Shown here: one piece after another, positions 19,485-29,063 of the stretch
Layout: every line of letters starts with the position of its first letter
How positions within the stretch are numbered: position 1 is the first letter of the stretch
Program-made: the position numbers and the translations under genes
IMG/VR virus record: IMGVR_UViG_3300030376_006203
Location: 32,001-96,000 of that record
Length of the DNA stretch: 64,000 bases
From: a virus
Lineage: Duplodnaviria; Caudoviricetes
Reading direction: 5' to 3' (one strand)
Notes under the pieces: model-generated
The model's database searches: none
The model's input: the letters and a program-made list of their open reading frames with translations, nothing else
Told to the model about the DNA's origin: nothing

Positions 19485-19810
19485 TTTATAGTAACATCTT
19501 GATTTCTACGTATAATGTGGAAACCAAATGCTGTACAACTTATTCCACTGGTTTCGCCAGGTTGAAGTCCGTCTAGGTAAATCATAAAATCTTTATCCAT
19601 CTGATTTCTTTTTATAACACCTAGGTCACCACCGTTGGCTTTACCACTTGGACAATCGCTGAACATTTTTGCGGCTTGTTCAAAGGTTAATTCTTTGTCT
19701 AATAATTTTTTTTGAATATCAGCAATTAAAAATAATGCTTCTTCTCTAGACACATTACGTTGACTTCTTGTTGCGTCTTCATGTGCTATTAATATGTGAC
19801 TACATCTCAT
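19472..19810 (-). CDS. parvulin-type peptidyl-prolyl isomerase
   Basis: CSHILI, FSDCPSG..GGDLG, FGFHII. Confidence 0.9.
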   Translation of the reverse strand: MRCSHILIAHEDATRSQRNVSREEALFLIADIQKKLLDKELTFEQAAKMFSDCPSGKANGGDLGVIKRNQMDKDFMIYLDGLQPGETSGISCTAFGFHIIRRNQDVTINQSP

Positions 19811-20468
19811 TTTTTAAATACTTCCAACTATTTGGAAACTCCTTGTTACAAATATTATGTATTTGATTTGCGATATGCCTTGTTTCTTCTTGAGTATCTT
19901 TAGCACATCTTAAATTACACACTCTAGCAAAAGCATACAAAGTACCAGACCATATCCATTCAGTCATCATACTTTGTGGCAGTACCATACGTGCTTGTTC
20001 TGGTGCTATACCTTTTCCTATTAAAGAATTATATATTATTTTACACTGTTCCATGGTCATATCTAATCTATGTTTTTCGTTTGAATCAATAGAAACTGTA
20101 CCATCGGAACCTTGTTTAGAATTTTGTGGTCTACCTCTCCATTCTTTTGGTTCATATAATTCAGGTTCGTAATCTACATAACGTCTACTAATCTCATTCC
20201 ATACTAAACCTACTTGATGTTTTACTAATTGTCTAGCAACAAATATTGGAGCCTTTATTCTAAATTGTAAACTAGCATGAGCAAATGGTGACCAGTGATT
20301 ATGTTTTGCTAGATACTTAATAAGTTTTTCGTCCTTTTCAGAAAGTGCTCCTTCAGTTGGACCTGCTGGAGTAATACTTTCCCATTCTGATTCTTTGCTG
20401 TAAGAAACTCTAGCGGCATTAACCACAGATAAGTCACTGCCCATTTTGTCTACAAGTTCTACTTTCAT
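19800..20468 (-). CDS. thyX: FAD-dependent thymidylate synthase
   Basis: VNAARVS, HWSPF, ARQLVKH..WNEISRRY, EQARMVLP. Confidence 0.95.
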   Translation of the reverse strand: MKVELVDKMGSDLSVVNAARVSYSKESEWESITPAGPTEGALSEKDEKLIKYLAKHNHWSPFAHASLQFRIKAPIFVARQLVKHQVGLVWNEISRRYVDYEPELYEPKEWRGRPQNSKQGSDGTVSIDSNEKHRLDMTMEQCKIIYNSLIGKGIAPEQARMVLPQSMMTEWIWSGTLYAFARVCNLRCAKDTQEETRHIANQIHNICNKEFPNSWKYLKNEM

Positions 20469-21145
20469 TGTCTTATTGCCTCCCTTAATTTTGATTTAGG
20501 AATATCTACCATACGTTTATCACACACTTTAGTTATAATACAAACATCACAGTCAGGATTTCTTGAAACGCATTGTTTCTTTGCGTGTGTTATCAGCCAC
20601 ATATGAGCACCATATTTGTATTTTGATGGCGTAGTATCATTGACTGTAATAGATGCTTTGCCTTCATCTAAACTGTCTGCCCAACCCAGTCTCCATAACA
20701 ATCTAAACACATGAGTATCTACTGCTATGTGCGGTTCACCAAATACAAAACGCATTACAATATCAGAACTTTTTCTACCAACTCCAGGTAAGGTCATAAG
20801 TTCTTTTTGTGTTTGTGGAACCTTGCCATTAAATTTTTCTAGAAGCATTTTGCTTGTGGCAAGTATATTCTTTGATTTTGCGTTATGTAATCCTGCTGGT
20901 CTTATTGCTTCTATTATTTCTTCTCTTGAAAGTTTAATCATGTCTTCAGGTGTATCAGCAAGACTAAACAATTGATTACAAGCGATTGCTGTTCGTTTAT
21001 CCTGACTTTGTGCTGACAGCATCACTCCTATTAAACTTGTATATGCTTTGCTGTAAATTTTTGATTTAGGTTTTTTGTTAGAATAGTAATGATATTTAGA
21101 AGCAAGTTTTTCGTATATGTAATCTATTTCGAATGCTGATTTCAT
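20465..21145 (-). CDS. nth: endonuclease III (HhH-GPD glycosylase with Fe-S loop)
   Basis: LSAQ, LPGVGRK, VDTHV, C-x6-C-x2-C-x5-C. Confidence 0.92.
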   Translation of the reverse strand: MKSAFEIDYIYEKLASKYHYYSNKKPKSKIYSKAYTSLIGVMLSAQSQDKRTAIACNQLFSLADTPEDMIKLSREEIIEAIRPAGLHNAKSKNILATSKMLLEKFNGKVPQTQKELMTLPGVGRKSSDIVMRFVFGEPHIAVDTHVFRLLWRLGWADSLDEGKASITVNDTTPSKYKYGAHMWLITHAKKQCVSRNPDCDVCIITKVCDKRMVDIPKSKLREAIRQ

Positions 21146-21465
21146 TTGCCCTTAAAATATTTTTCAAGTTTGTTTGCTTCGCCTGAATGTTTTTCATAAC
21201 CTGGCATTGGTTCTTTTTGTGTATCTAAAACTGTCCATGCTTCTGACCATTTTTTATTAAATTCAACCCAACCTTCTCCTTCTGGATCTGAATCAGGCTT
21301 TATAGCGTCTTCTGGACATTCAGGTTCACATACTCCACAATCAATACATTCGTCCGGGTTGATAACAAGCATATTTTCTCCCTCATAGAAGCAATCTACA
21401 GGGCATACTGACACACAGGTAGTATGTTTACACATCAAACACTTGTCGTTAACAACATAAGTCAT
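21142..21465 (-). CDS. fdxA: 7Fe ferredoxin FdxA
   Basis: [33 protein letters not shown]. Confidence 0.92.
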   Translation of the reverse strand: MTYVVNDKCLMCKHTTCVSVCPVDCFYEGENMLVINPDECIDCGVCEPECPEDAIKPDSDPEGEGWVEFNKKWSEAWTVLDTQKEPMPGYEKHSGEANKLEKYFKGK

Positions 21466-21473
21466 ATTGTTAT

Positions 21474-22388
21474 TTAGATATTTTGTAATTTAATCATTGT
21501 TGCCGCAAGATTGATCTCAGGATCAGCCACTAATGTGTGATCAACAAGTCCTTGTTTGACTACAAGTATTGCTTTTTCTTGTCTTGCTTCATCACCAAAC
21601 AATGAAATATTATCATACAACCATTTGTAGATATCTTCTATTTCATCTGGACGTGCTTGAGAACATACAAGTTTTCTTGCTTCTGTGATCTTGCCTTGCT
21701 TAAACAATTCTGTCATTTCAAGTTTATAGTCTGCTTCAGACTTATCTGATTTTGCTGGAGCAACCAACGTACCATCTTGCGAATTCATTTGAACTGTGTT
21801 GATACATTTTCTTAAATCAGGATATGTTGCTTTTACATAAGTGTCTAGTATATCTAAATCAGGAGTAACGCCTTCATCCATTAATATTTTTGCCACCCTT
21901 GTTGTAAATTCTGTTTGATCAATACGTTCAATATGAAAACCTTGACATCTTGAATGTAGTGCTGGAATAATTCTATTAGGATAGTTACAAGTCAATATGA
22001 ATCTGCTTGTTGTATGATACTCTTCCATCACACCACGTAGTGCCGCTTGGGCATTTGGCGATAGATAATCTGCCTCATCTAACAACACAATCTTAAAATC
22101 TCCAAATGGAATCATTTGTACAAAATTTATAATTGTGTTTCTTATATCATCTACTGAATTTGTTCTACTTGCGTTGATTTCCAGTATGTCCAAATCATTA
22201 ATTTCTAATTCATTGAACAATACTTTTGCCAATGTTGTTTTACCTATACCTGCGTTACCACTGAATAGCAAGTGCGGAATAGTTTTTTCTTTAATCCAAG
22301 ATTCAACTTGTTTACGTTGATGATCATCTCTAAAAACATATTCACTTACAGTCTTAGGACGATATTTTTCTACCCAAAGTTCTTTCAT
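21474..22388 (-). CDS. sliding-clamp loader subunit (T4 gp44/RFC-like)
   Basis: [23 protein letters not shown] motif. Confidence 0.93.
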   Translation of the reverse strand: MKELWVEKYRPKTVSEYVFRDDHQRKQVESWIKEKTIPHLLFSGNAGIGKTTLAKVLFNELEINDLDILEINASRTNSVDDIRNTIINFVQMIPFGDFKIVLLDEADYLSPNAQAALRGVMEEYHTTSRFILTCNYPNRIIPALHSRCQGFHIERIDQTEFTTRVAKILMDEGVTPDLDILDTYVKATYPDLRKCINTVQMNSQDGTLVAPAKSDKSEADYKLEMTELFKQGKITEARKLVCSQARPDEIEDIYKWLYDNISLFGDEARQEKAILVVKQGLVDHTLVADPEINLAATMIKLQNI

Positions 22389-22578
22389 AATACCACCGTT
22401 AAAATAATTAATATTAATCCCACTGCCCCAAGGAAATATCCTGGTGCGTGTAATAATGGAATGCGTTCAATAAAAAGAAAAAGTTTTTTCATACCATTGG
22501 TACCCAATACATTATTGCGACTATTATTATACTTGTTATTGCTATTGCTGTCAAGAGTGGACCCATTATTTTTTCCTT

Positions 22579-22896
22579 TTAGTTGTTGTCGTTAAAGTCA
22601 TCATATAAACTATATTTGGCAGTAAGTTCTTCTCCTGCCTTAATTGGTTTACACGTCATTAAATATTTTACAGGCAATTGATGCCAAAATCCTTTTACAT
22701 TTTTACAATTAGGTTCGTCAGAATGATTATAAAATGCTCCTAAGGCAGTTCTAATCGCTCCATGTGGAAAGTTTTTATTTAGAATGTGAACAATACCTAG
22801 TATGACATCAGCCTCAAAGTCTTTGGTTGCGAACACACCTAATCCCTGCACATTAGACTCTTTAATTGTAATCCCATCAGGCAACGGTTTATACAC
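22579..22896 (-). CDS. SET-domain protein (putative lysine methyltransferase)
   Basis: GLGVFA, NHSDEPN, IKAGEELTAKY; likely GTG start at 22896. Confidence 0.85.
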   Translation of the reverse strand: MYKPLPDGITIKESNVQGLGVFATKDFEADVILGIVHILNKNFPHGAIRTALGAFYNHSDEPNCKNVKGFWHQLPVKYLMTCKPIKAGEELTAKYSLYDDFNDNN

Positions 22897-22898
22897 TA

Positions 22899-23066
22899 TT
22901 AATCTCTCCTCATATATTCTTGACCCATACCACTCATAATCAATAATATATAAAGCACGGGCCATCCCCATCCTGTGATAGTTCCTGTCAAATGCAGTGT
23001 CATTAACACAATACCAGTGACCCCGGTTGTGTTTAATCCTTTAGATTGTATTACTGGAAGTTTCAT
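22899..23066 (-). CDS. small membrane protein
   Basis: Manual ORF MKLPVIQSKGLNTTGVTGIVLMTLHL..WPVLYILLIMSG, 55 aa; leaderless after TTGACA-17-TATACT. Confidence 0.6.
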   Translation of the reverse strand: MKLPVIQSKGLNTTGVTGIVLMTLHLTGTITGWGWPVLYILLIMSGMGQEYMRRD

Positions 23067-23104
23067 TCTTACAGTATATGCGGTATACTGTGATTTGTCA
23101 AGTG

Positions 23105-23485
23105 TTAATCAGCCAAATGTACTTGTTCGTTGTCAACTCTTCTGGACAACACATCTTTTGGTTTTTCTTTGGAAGTTCCTAAAACGGATTCTGCTTCAAC
23201 AATACGGACAACTGTTTTGACATCGTTGTCATCCTGCATTGTTATACCTCGGCTCCATCTACCATGTTCAACCAAAATCCAATCACCAATTTCGTAATCG
23301 TCATCATTCTTGTGACCTTTGGCAATTACCCTTCCCCATCTTGGGTGGATACCTCTTGTTTGACCATCATCAGATGAAATTATAATTCCGCCAGCGGTTT
23401 TTTGCTCGCCGAATTCCATATCGGTAACAAGTACTCTGTTATGGATTGGAGTGAGTGTGCCTTTGTAGATGCTATACGCGGACAT
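23105..23485 (-). CDS. groES: GroES-like co-chaperonin
   Basis: PIHNRVLV..EQKTAGGIII..GRVIAKG..IGDWIL. Confidence 0.85.
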   Translation of the reverse strand: MSAYSIYKGTLTPIHNRVLVTDMEFGEQKTAGGIIISSDDGQTRGIHPRWGRVIAKGHKNDDDYEIGDWILVEHGRWSRGITMQDDNDVKTVVRIVEAESVLGTSKEKPKDVLSRRVDNEQVHLAD

Positions 23486-23835
23486 TACTGTTCTTTTTTA
23501 ACAAAATTTCCGTCTGCGTCTTCAACCCAATCTTCTTTAGAAGTTTCTTCTGCTGGTGCTTCAGCAACTGGTTCTTCTACAACTGGTTGTTCCACAGGCT
23601 GTTCAGTTTTTTCTTTATGAGCAACTGTTCCAGGATGATCTCTATAATAATCTGCTAAAACGTCTTCTCTTTTCTTAACAATTTTACCACCTGGTCCTAA
23701 TTCATCACCTCTAGCATTTACTTTGGCATTGCCAACTGCTGGAGTTAATTCATTTCTTTTTCTCAAAAGATCCATGTCTACGGTTTTACCCTGCATAGTC
23801 TTATAAACTTTTTTGCCTGTTTGTTTTACTGCCAT
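23485..23835 (-). CDS. conserved phage hypothetical protein
   Basis: AVGNAKVNARGDELGPGG; late motif at 23859-23866. Confidence 0.7.
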   Translation of the reverse strand: MAVKQTGKKVYKTMQGKTVDMDLLRKRNELTPAVGNAKVNARGDELGPGGKIVKKREDVLADYYRDHPGTVAHKEKTEQPVEQPVVEEPVAEAPAEETSKEDWVEDADGNFVKKEQ

Positions 23836-23861
23836 TTTCTATTCTCCTATTATATGTGTAT

Positions 23862-24383
23862 TTATCTAATGAATTCCTTCCAGTCTAGTCGATACTGGAT
23901 CGAATCAATTTTATGGATGCCTAGTAGATACAATACATAACTTGCTACCGAACTGCCTCTGCCTACACCCCACACAATCTTGTTTTCTTTCATAAATGTT
24001 ACCAAAAAGTGTAAAAACTTCAGCAAATTCAAATGTCCTAGTTCTTTGAACTTGCCTAATTCTTCAGCAACTCTTTGTTTTGCTTCTGGAGTATCAGGAC
24101 ATTGAGTATCCAAAAATTTTTCTATGTCAAACTGTTTGTAACTGTTTGGCATGAACCATTCTGATTGTAAAAGATTATCAAAATCATTTAGACCGATATC
24201 TAATGGCTCATAAAATTTTAATTGTTGCCCATCACCTGTTTCTTTTATAGACTGATTAAATTGTTCAGACTCTGAATTTTTTTCTACATATACTTTAAAC
24301 AGTGTATCCAATTTGCCTTTGTATATAAGATCCATACAATCCTCAATACCATACTTAGGCAAACCTAAAGCGTCAATTTTCAT
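23862..24383 (-). CDS. stand-alone fragment of DNA polymerase III alpha (DnaE)
   Basis: RVAEEL..WGVGRGSSVASYVLYLLGIHKID; ends before the PDxD motif. Confidence 0.8.
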   Translation of the reverse strand: MKIDALGLPKYGIEDCMDLIYKGKLDTLFKVYVEKNSESEQFNQSIKETGDGQQLKFYEPLDIGLNDFDNLLQSEWFMPNSYKQFDIEKFLDTQCPDTPEAKQRVAEELGKFKELGHLNLLKFLHFLVTFMKENKIVWGVGRGSSVASYVLYLLGIHKIDSIQYRLDWKEFIR

Positions 24384-24389
24384 AAGTGT

Positions 24390-24418
24390 ATTATATGTGA
24401 ATTATATCAAAAAGTCAA
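24390..24418 (-). promoter_or_regulatory. sigma70 promoter, leaderless start
   Basis: TTGACT-17-TATAAT, ATG 6 nt downstream. Confidence 0.75.
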
Positions 24419-24421
24419 TGA

Positions 24422-24655
24422 TTAATCTACTTTGATCAAATCGTCGATGTCTGTGCCAGAATTTTTGGATATTTCTTGTTGTTCTTTGTACCAACGCATT
24501 TTAAGTTCTTCTGTGTAATCCATAATGAACATATTGATTTGGTTTCGTACTTGTGGATTTGTTGCTCTTAAATATTTGGTACGCAACTCTGTGAGTTTAT
24601 TTTCTAATTCTTGAGTTGGAATGTCTTTGTAGTCTTTGCCCAATGGGTGAAACAT
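24422..24655 (-). CDS. hypothetical protein
   Basis: 77 aa helical ORF. Confidence 0.6.
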   Translation of the reverse strand: MFHPLGKDYKDIPTQELENKLTELRTKYLRATNPQVRNQINMFIMDYTEELKMRWYKEQQEISKNSGTDIDDLIKVD

Positions 24656-24661
24656 AAAATA

Positions 24662-25216
24662 TTAACTGAATTGACCAATATATCTGGCAAATACAGTTGC
24701 TCCGTTATCGTAAGTATAAAATTCAACTACCAAAGGATTTGTTGTACTATCAACTGTGAATGGTGTTGGAAAGCCTGTTGCTGTTTTTATTGTTCCACCA
24801 TTAGTGGCCCAAGTAACAGTTCTATCTCCACCTGCTTTAACAACTTGAACAACTACACTTTCTAAAGCATTTGCTTGATTACTCCAATCAGCCAATGTCA
24901 ATGTTACGTTTGCTCCAACAACAATAGTTTGAAAATTACCATTTGATAAACTTATATTTTGGCTTGTTGATACTGTTCCAGCGTCATGGCTTTTTGTAAA
25001 GTTTCCTTTGAATAAAGCACCATTTACTTCATTGCCGGCGAAGTTATTATCGCTGTTTAGTTTTGCTGTGTTTGTTTCTAATGCTGTAATTTCTGTTTTT
25101 GCTGTGGCAAAATTTGTTTTAATTGTAGAAAAATTATCTCTAAAACCTTGGCTGTTGTTGTCCTGTCCTGCGACTGGATATGTTGCGTCTATGCTTGTTG
25201 AATCTATTGTGCTCAT
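24662..25216 (-). CDS. virion structural (baseplate/fibre-associated) protein
   Basis: YPVAGQDNNSQGFRDNF N-terminus, Thr/Asn/Gly-rich, late motif at 25235. Confidence 0.65.
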   Translation of the reverse strand: MSTIDSTSIDATYPVAGQDNNSQGFRDNFSTIKTNFATAKTEITALETNTAKLNSDNNFAGNEVNGALFKGNFTKSHDAGTVSTSQNISLSNGNFQTIVVGANVTLTLADWSNQANALESVVVQVVKAGGDRTVTWATNGGTIKTATGFPTPFTVDSTTNPLVVEFYTYDNGATVFARYIGQFS

Positions 25217-25242
25217 ATTTTTATGTCCTACTCATATTTATC

Positions 25243-28200
25243 TTATACATTATAATGATAGTTAGGAAAGAGTATGTATTGGTCGGCACTATTGCCCTCT
25301 GTTCCTTCTACCACGTATCTATCAATTTCAAAATTTATATTTTTGATATCAAATCCACTGTTTTTGACTGCTAGGGCAATGCTTTGGCTAGTTCCTGGCT
25401 TACAATAACATAATGGCACTGCTGTTGTGTAACCTAATGCTGTGTTGCTGTCTTGTGCAGTACGCATCCAAAGAGGTAAAAGACCTCCTTCAGTAACTCC
25501 TAGTGCTTTGATATTATCTCTCATGTTAGAAATATTGCTTATGTATCTTAACTCATCATCACTCATACTTGCTTTTAATAAATCACTATCGACTTTTATA
25601 ACAGAATTCTTTGGTCTGAATCTAAAAGGATCACCATTGATTTGTTCTACTGTTCCAACCACTAAATCAGGACCTGACTGCATATCTATTTTTAATTCTC
25701 CATTAGGCACATCTACTAATAATCTACCAGTCCTAGCAAATATTTCTAAACTTGTTCCTACACCTGAAACAGATAAAGATGAATTTGCTTGAGCAAAAAT
25801 AGTGTAAGCAGAACCTCCCACATTTAATTTTGTTGAATCATCTGTAACTTCTATTTGTGTTTGATTTATTTTAATTGTACTTTGTGGTTTTATCTTTAAT
25901 GATTTCCTAGTATCATTTTTATTTAAATCTCTTACATCAATTATATCAGCATAAACTAATTCATAAGCAATGTCGTTCGTGCCAGGGTATTTGGCTACTG
26001 CTGTTTTAATATCTCCAAAATTAAATTTACATCTTTTGTGATTTTTAGATACTGCTGTAACATAGTTGGCAACAGATTTCTTTTCAATTCCTGAATAAAC
26101 TAACATCTTCATGTTTTTCTGTAATCCAAACATAGGATCATTTGGTCTATAAATTTTATCTATAGCAAAAATATTTGTGTTACTGATAAAGTCTTTAAAA
26201 TAACTTCTTTGTGAGGATTTAAGTAAAGGTTGTGCGTATAAATCTGTAAAAGTTTTTGTAACATTTGTATCAATAGCCAGTGTAAATGTTCTTTCAACAC
26301 TGCTAAATCCAAATCTATCTTGTGCTCTTACAGTAAATGAATAACTTTCATCCACAGTTGTAGTTCCACCGTCTAAAGTTAATAGGTTATTATCAAAAGA
26401 AGTAATACCTGGTAAACTGTTTTCGCTGTACAATCTAACATTGCCAACTATTTCTCCATCCAATGATAAACTCAATCCTGGAGGAAGTGTGCCACCTGTT
26501 AAAAGATATTTCATTTTGGCATCTGCGACTGTGCTGGTTGCTTCTAATTTTAAATGACTTGTTAGATTTGCTTTTAATGTGCCTAATGAAGTTGCAGTTG
26601 TCCATGTAATTGTGCTGTCAACTTCTCCTAATACTTTGACTGTGAAAGTTTTTGTTGCTGTAGGTTCAGTATCTGTACTGTTTAACAAAAAGTTTTTAGA
26701 TTCAGGTATATCTTTGAATGCCGCAATACTGATATTTTGTTCGTTTACAAAACTATCCACAAGAGGAATATTCAATACAAGTTTTTCCATTGCTGTGGCA
26801 TTGGCTATACCTTGTAGTGCAGGTTCACCTTCTGCTAATAATGATTGTATATCTGAAATTTCATATTCACTAGAACCAATTCTTAATGTTCTCCCTTTAT
26901 ATTTGTCTTTAGATATTCTGTTGTAAACAAATATTTCATTGTTTGCTCTTGTTATAGGAAGTTGTGCTCCGGTTCTTTTCAATTCAATAGGATCATAAAC
27001 AGTGCCAGTATAAACTTTTAAATCATTGGCAGTTAAATTTCTGTTCAAAGTTAACAAATCATAATCTTGATCTGTGCCATCTACACCTAACACTGTGTAT
27101 TCTTCACTGTTGATTGTAATTTTTTCTCCAACTAAACTTTCTAAATCGTCTAATCCATCTGCTTGTCCCACAGGTAACTTTTGAATTTTTAATTTGTCCC
27201 CGCCTTGTTGTTGATCTTCATAAGGAGTAATAACCACAGTAACAAGGTCACTACCTATATTGGCTCTGACAGCACTTACTGTGAATTTATATTCTTTGCT
27301 CACAGCAGGTTGGTAAGGAACTCTGCCTGCTATTTCTCCAGTCAAAGCATCCAGTGTCATTCCTGGCGGAATAATTGATTCTGAATTATCGTTATTTGTA
27401 TTTTCAAGTATGTAACTGACTTTTCCAGGCACTGTGTTTGGATCATACAGTTCTAAAAATATTGTAACGTAGTTGTTGGCTCTTTTAAAACCTAAGTCAG
27501 ATGGTGTTAACCATTGCGGAGTTCTTAAAAATGTGCCATCTGATGTGAATACACCCGTACCCACCTGCATGATAGTATTGTCTGCTCTTAAGAAATCATC
27601 ACCTACAACAAATATTTTGAATTCTCTACTTATTGTGGAATCTCCATCAGTTACATTAACTGTAAAATTATAATAACGATTTAATTTTCGTTGATTTCTA
27701 TTCTGTACTTGCTGATTGTACAAGTCTGAAAACTCTTGTACATCAAAATAAAAACTTTTATTAGCAATTGATCCTTGTAATCCAAAATCAAATGGAGCCG
27801 ATGCGTAGTCATTTGAATCATAATATCCTGTGCTAGATAAAATGTCTAGTGCTAATATAGGATCTACTACTCCTGAAATTTTTCCAGTTGAACTTAATGA
27901 CAATCCAGGAGGTAATTCACCTCCACCTTCTGGAATGTAAAATTCTAATGTTGTATTTGCACTCAAATCAGCATCTTCAGCCTCTAATTGAAAATCTACA
28001 AATGAACTATCTAAAATGAATAGTTGTGAATCTTGTCCAATTGGAAGTGTACCTGCTGGAGTGATCCAAGTAGGTGCGTCTGGACCTTCGATATTTACTG
28101 TGAATGTTCTATCTTGAATTCTAGTATCATGCTTGGCTCTTAAACAAAATTCATATTGAGTAGAACGTGAAACTTGAAATGGTGTTCCTATTAAATTAGA

Positions 28201-28347
28201 ACCTTCTAATCTTAATCCAGGAGGTATTGTGCCTGCTATTGTGGTAATTGTGTCTGCTCCTGAAACTGGTAATGTGATTGTTGTTGGTACTCTTTCTTGA
28301 TATGTACCTAAATTAAATCCCGTCTGAACTGTCCATAAATCATGCAT
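25243..28347 (-). CDS. baseplate wedge-like protein with Ig-like (He_PIG) repeats
   Basis: Repeated LPPGLSL..G.I.G motifs, 1034 aa, late motif at 28356. Confidence 0.7.
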   Translation of the reverse strand: MHDLWTVQTGFNLGTYQERVPTTITLPVSGADTITTIAGTIPPGLRLEGSNLIGTPFQVSRSTQYEFCLRAKHDTRIQDRTFTVNIEGPDAPTWITPAGTLPIGQDSQLFILDSSFVDFQLEAEDADLSANTTLEFYIPEGGGELPPGLSLSSTGKISGVVDPILALDILSSTGYYDSNDYASAPFDFGLQGSIANKSFYFDVQEFSDLYNQQVQNRNQRKLNRYYNFTVNVTDGDSTISREFKIFVVGDDFLRADNTIMQVGTGVFTSDGTFLRTPQWLTPSDLGFKRANNYVTIFLELYDPNTVPGKVSYILENTNNDNSESIIPPGMTLDALTGEIAGRVPYQPAVSKEYKFTVSAVRANIGSDLVTVVITPYEDQQQGGDKLKIQKLPVGQADGLDDLESLVGEKITINSEEYTVLGVDGTDQDYDLLTLNRNLTANDLKVYTGTVYDPIELKRTGAQLPITRANNEIFVYNRISKDKYKGRTLRIGSSEYEISDIQSLLAEGEPALQGIANATAMEKLVLNIPLVDSFVNEQNISIAAFKDIPESKNFLLNSTDTEPTATKTFTVKVLGEVDSTITWTTATSLGTLKANLTSHLKLEATSTVADAKMKYLLTGGTLPPGLSLSLDGEIVGNVRLYSENSLPGITSFDNNLLTLDGGTTTVDESYSFTVRAQDRFGFSSVERTFTLAIDTNVTKTFTDLYAQPLLKSSQRSYFKDFISNTNIFAIDKIYRPNDPMFGLQKNMKMLVYSGIEKKSVANYVTAVSKNHKRCKFNFGDIKTAVAKYPGTNDIAYELVYADIIDVRDLNKNDTRKSLKIKPQSTIKINQTQIEVTDDSTKLNVGGSAYTIFAQANSSLSVSGVGTSLEIFARTGRLLVDVPNGELKIDMQSGPDLVVGTVEQINGDPFRFRPKNSVIKVDSDLLKASMSDDELRYISNISNMRDNIKALGVTEGGLLPLWMRTAQDSNTALGYTTAVPLCYCKPGTSQSIALAVKNSGFDIKNINFEIDRYVVEGTEGNSADQYILFPNYHYNV

Positions 28348-28377
28348 GATATAGGTATTTATCGAGTTTTAAAATGC

Positions 28378-29055
28378 TTAGATAGAACCAAAGTCAATAC
28401 CAGTTGCTGTAGGCGACGCTATTGTGCCCATATTCACTGGATTGAATGATTCAAGCCACTGTAACAAGTTGTTTACAGGGTTTTGTACACCACCAAAGTC
28501 AAAACCAACTAGACTGTCTAAGTCATCAATGTCCACACCTTTTACTAAACCATTAAAATTGTTACCTGTAATTGTGCCAACGTTGATCATATTGTTACCA
28601 TCAGCGTCAAGTGTTGCTGATAGAGTTGGTGAAGTTTCATTTGCTAGTGCTGAATTAATTGTTATATTTTGTCCTGATCCTGATGTTGTTGTACCACCTG
28701 TACCATTAACAGTAATTTGACCTTGTGATCCTATTGGATTCAAAGAACCTACATCAGTTGTGAATAAAATACTGACTATACCTGAAGATGTAATTGTAAT
28801 TTGATTATTGTCAGCACTTAAAACAACATTAGGTCCTGCTTTTAAATTTTTGAAAACTAAATTATCGTTTGATTTTTCAGCAAACACACCTTTTGTTGTA
28901 CCATCATCTGCTAGTCTGTTTGATGCTGTTGTGTTTTCTGCCTGACGAGCATCTAATTCGGTGAAGTTGTTGTTAACCTTTACAAAGGCTTCTCTCAGAT
29001 CATCACCTGTGCCGTCGTTTGCTAGTGTTCCTATGTTGATTGTGCTAATTGCCAT
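28378..29055 (-). CDS. tail fibre/baseplate connector protein
   Basis: T4 gp9/gp10-like N-terminus INIGTLANDGTGDDLREAFVKVNNNFTEL. Confidence 0.75.
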   Translation of the reverse strand: MAISTINIGTLANDGTGDDLREAFVKVNNNFTELDARQAENTTASNRLADDGTTKGVFAEKSNDNLVFKNLKAGPNVVLSADNNQITITSSGIVSILFTTDVGSLNPIGSQGQITVNGTGGTTTSGSGQNITINSALANETSPTLSATLDADGNNMINVGTITGNNFNGLVKGVDIDDLDSLVGFDFGGVQNPVNNLLQWLESFNPVNMGTIASPTATGIDFGSI

Positions 29056-29063
29056 ACTAATAT

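Noticed and set aside
22897-22971. N-terminal extension of the SET ORF
   Set aside because: Overlaps a separate small membrane gene (22899-23066); GTG at 22896 with an upstream GGAG is the better start
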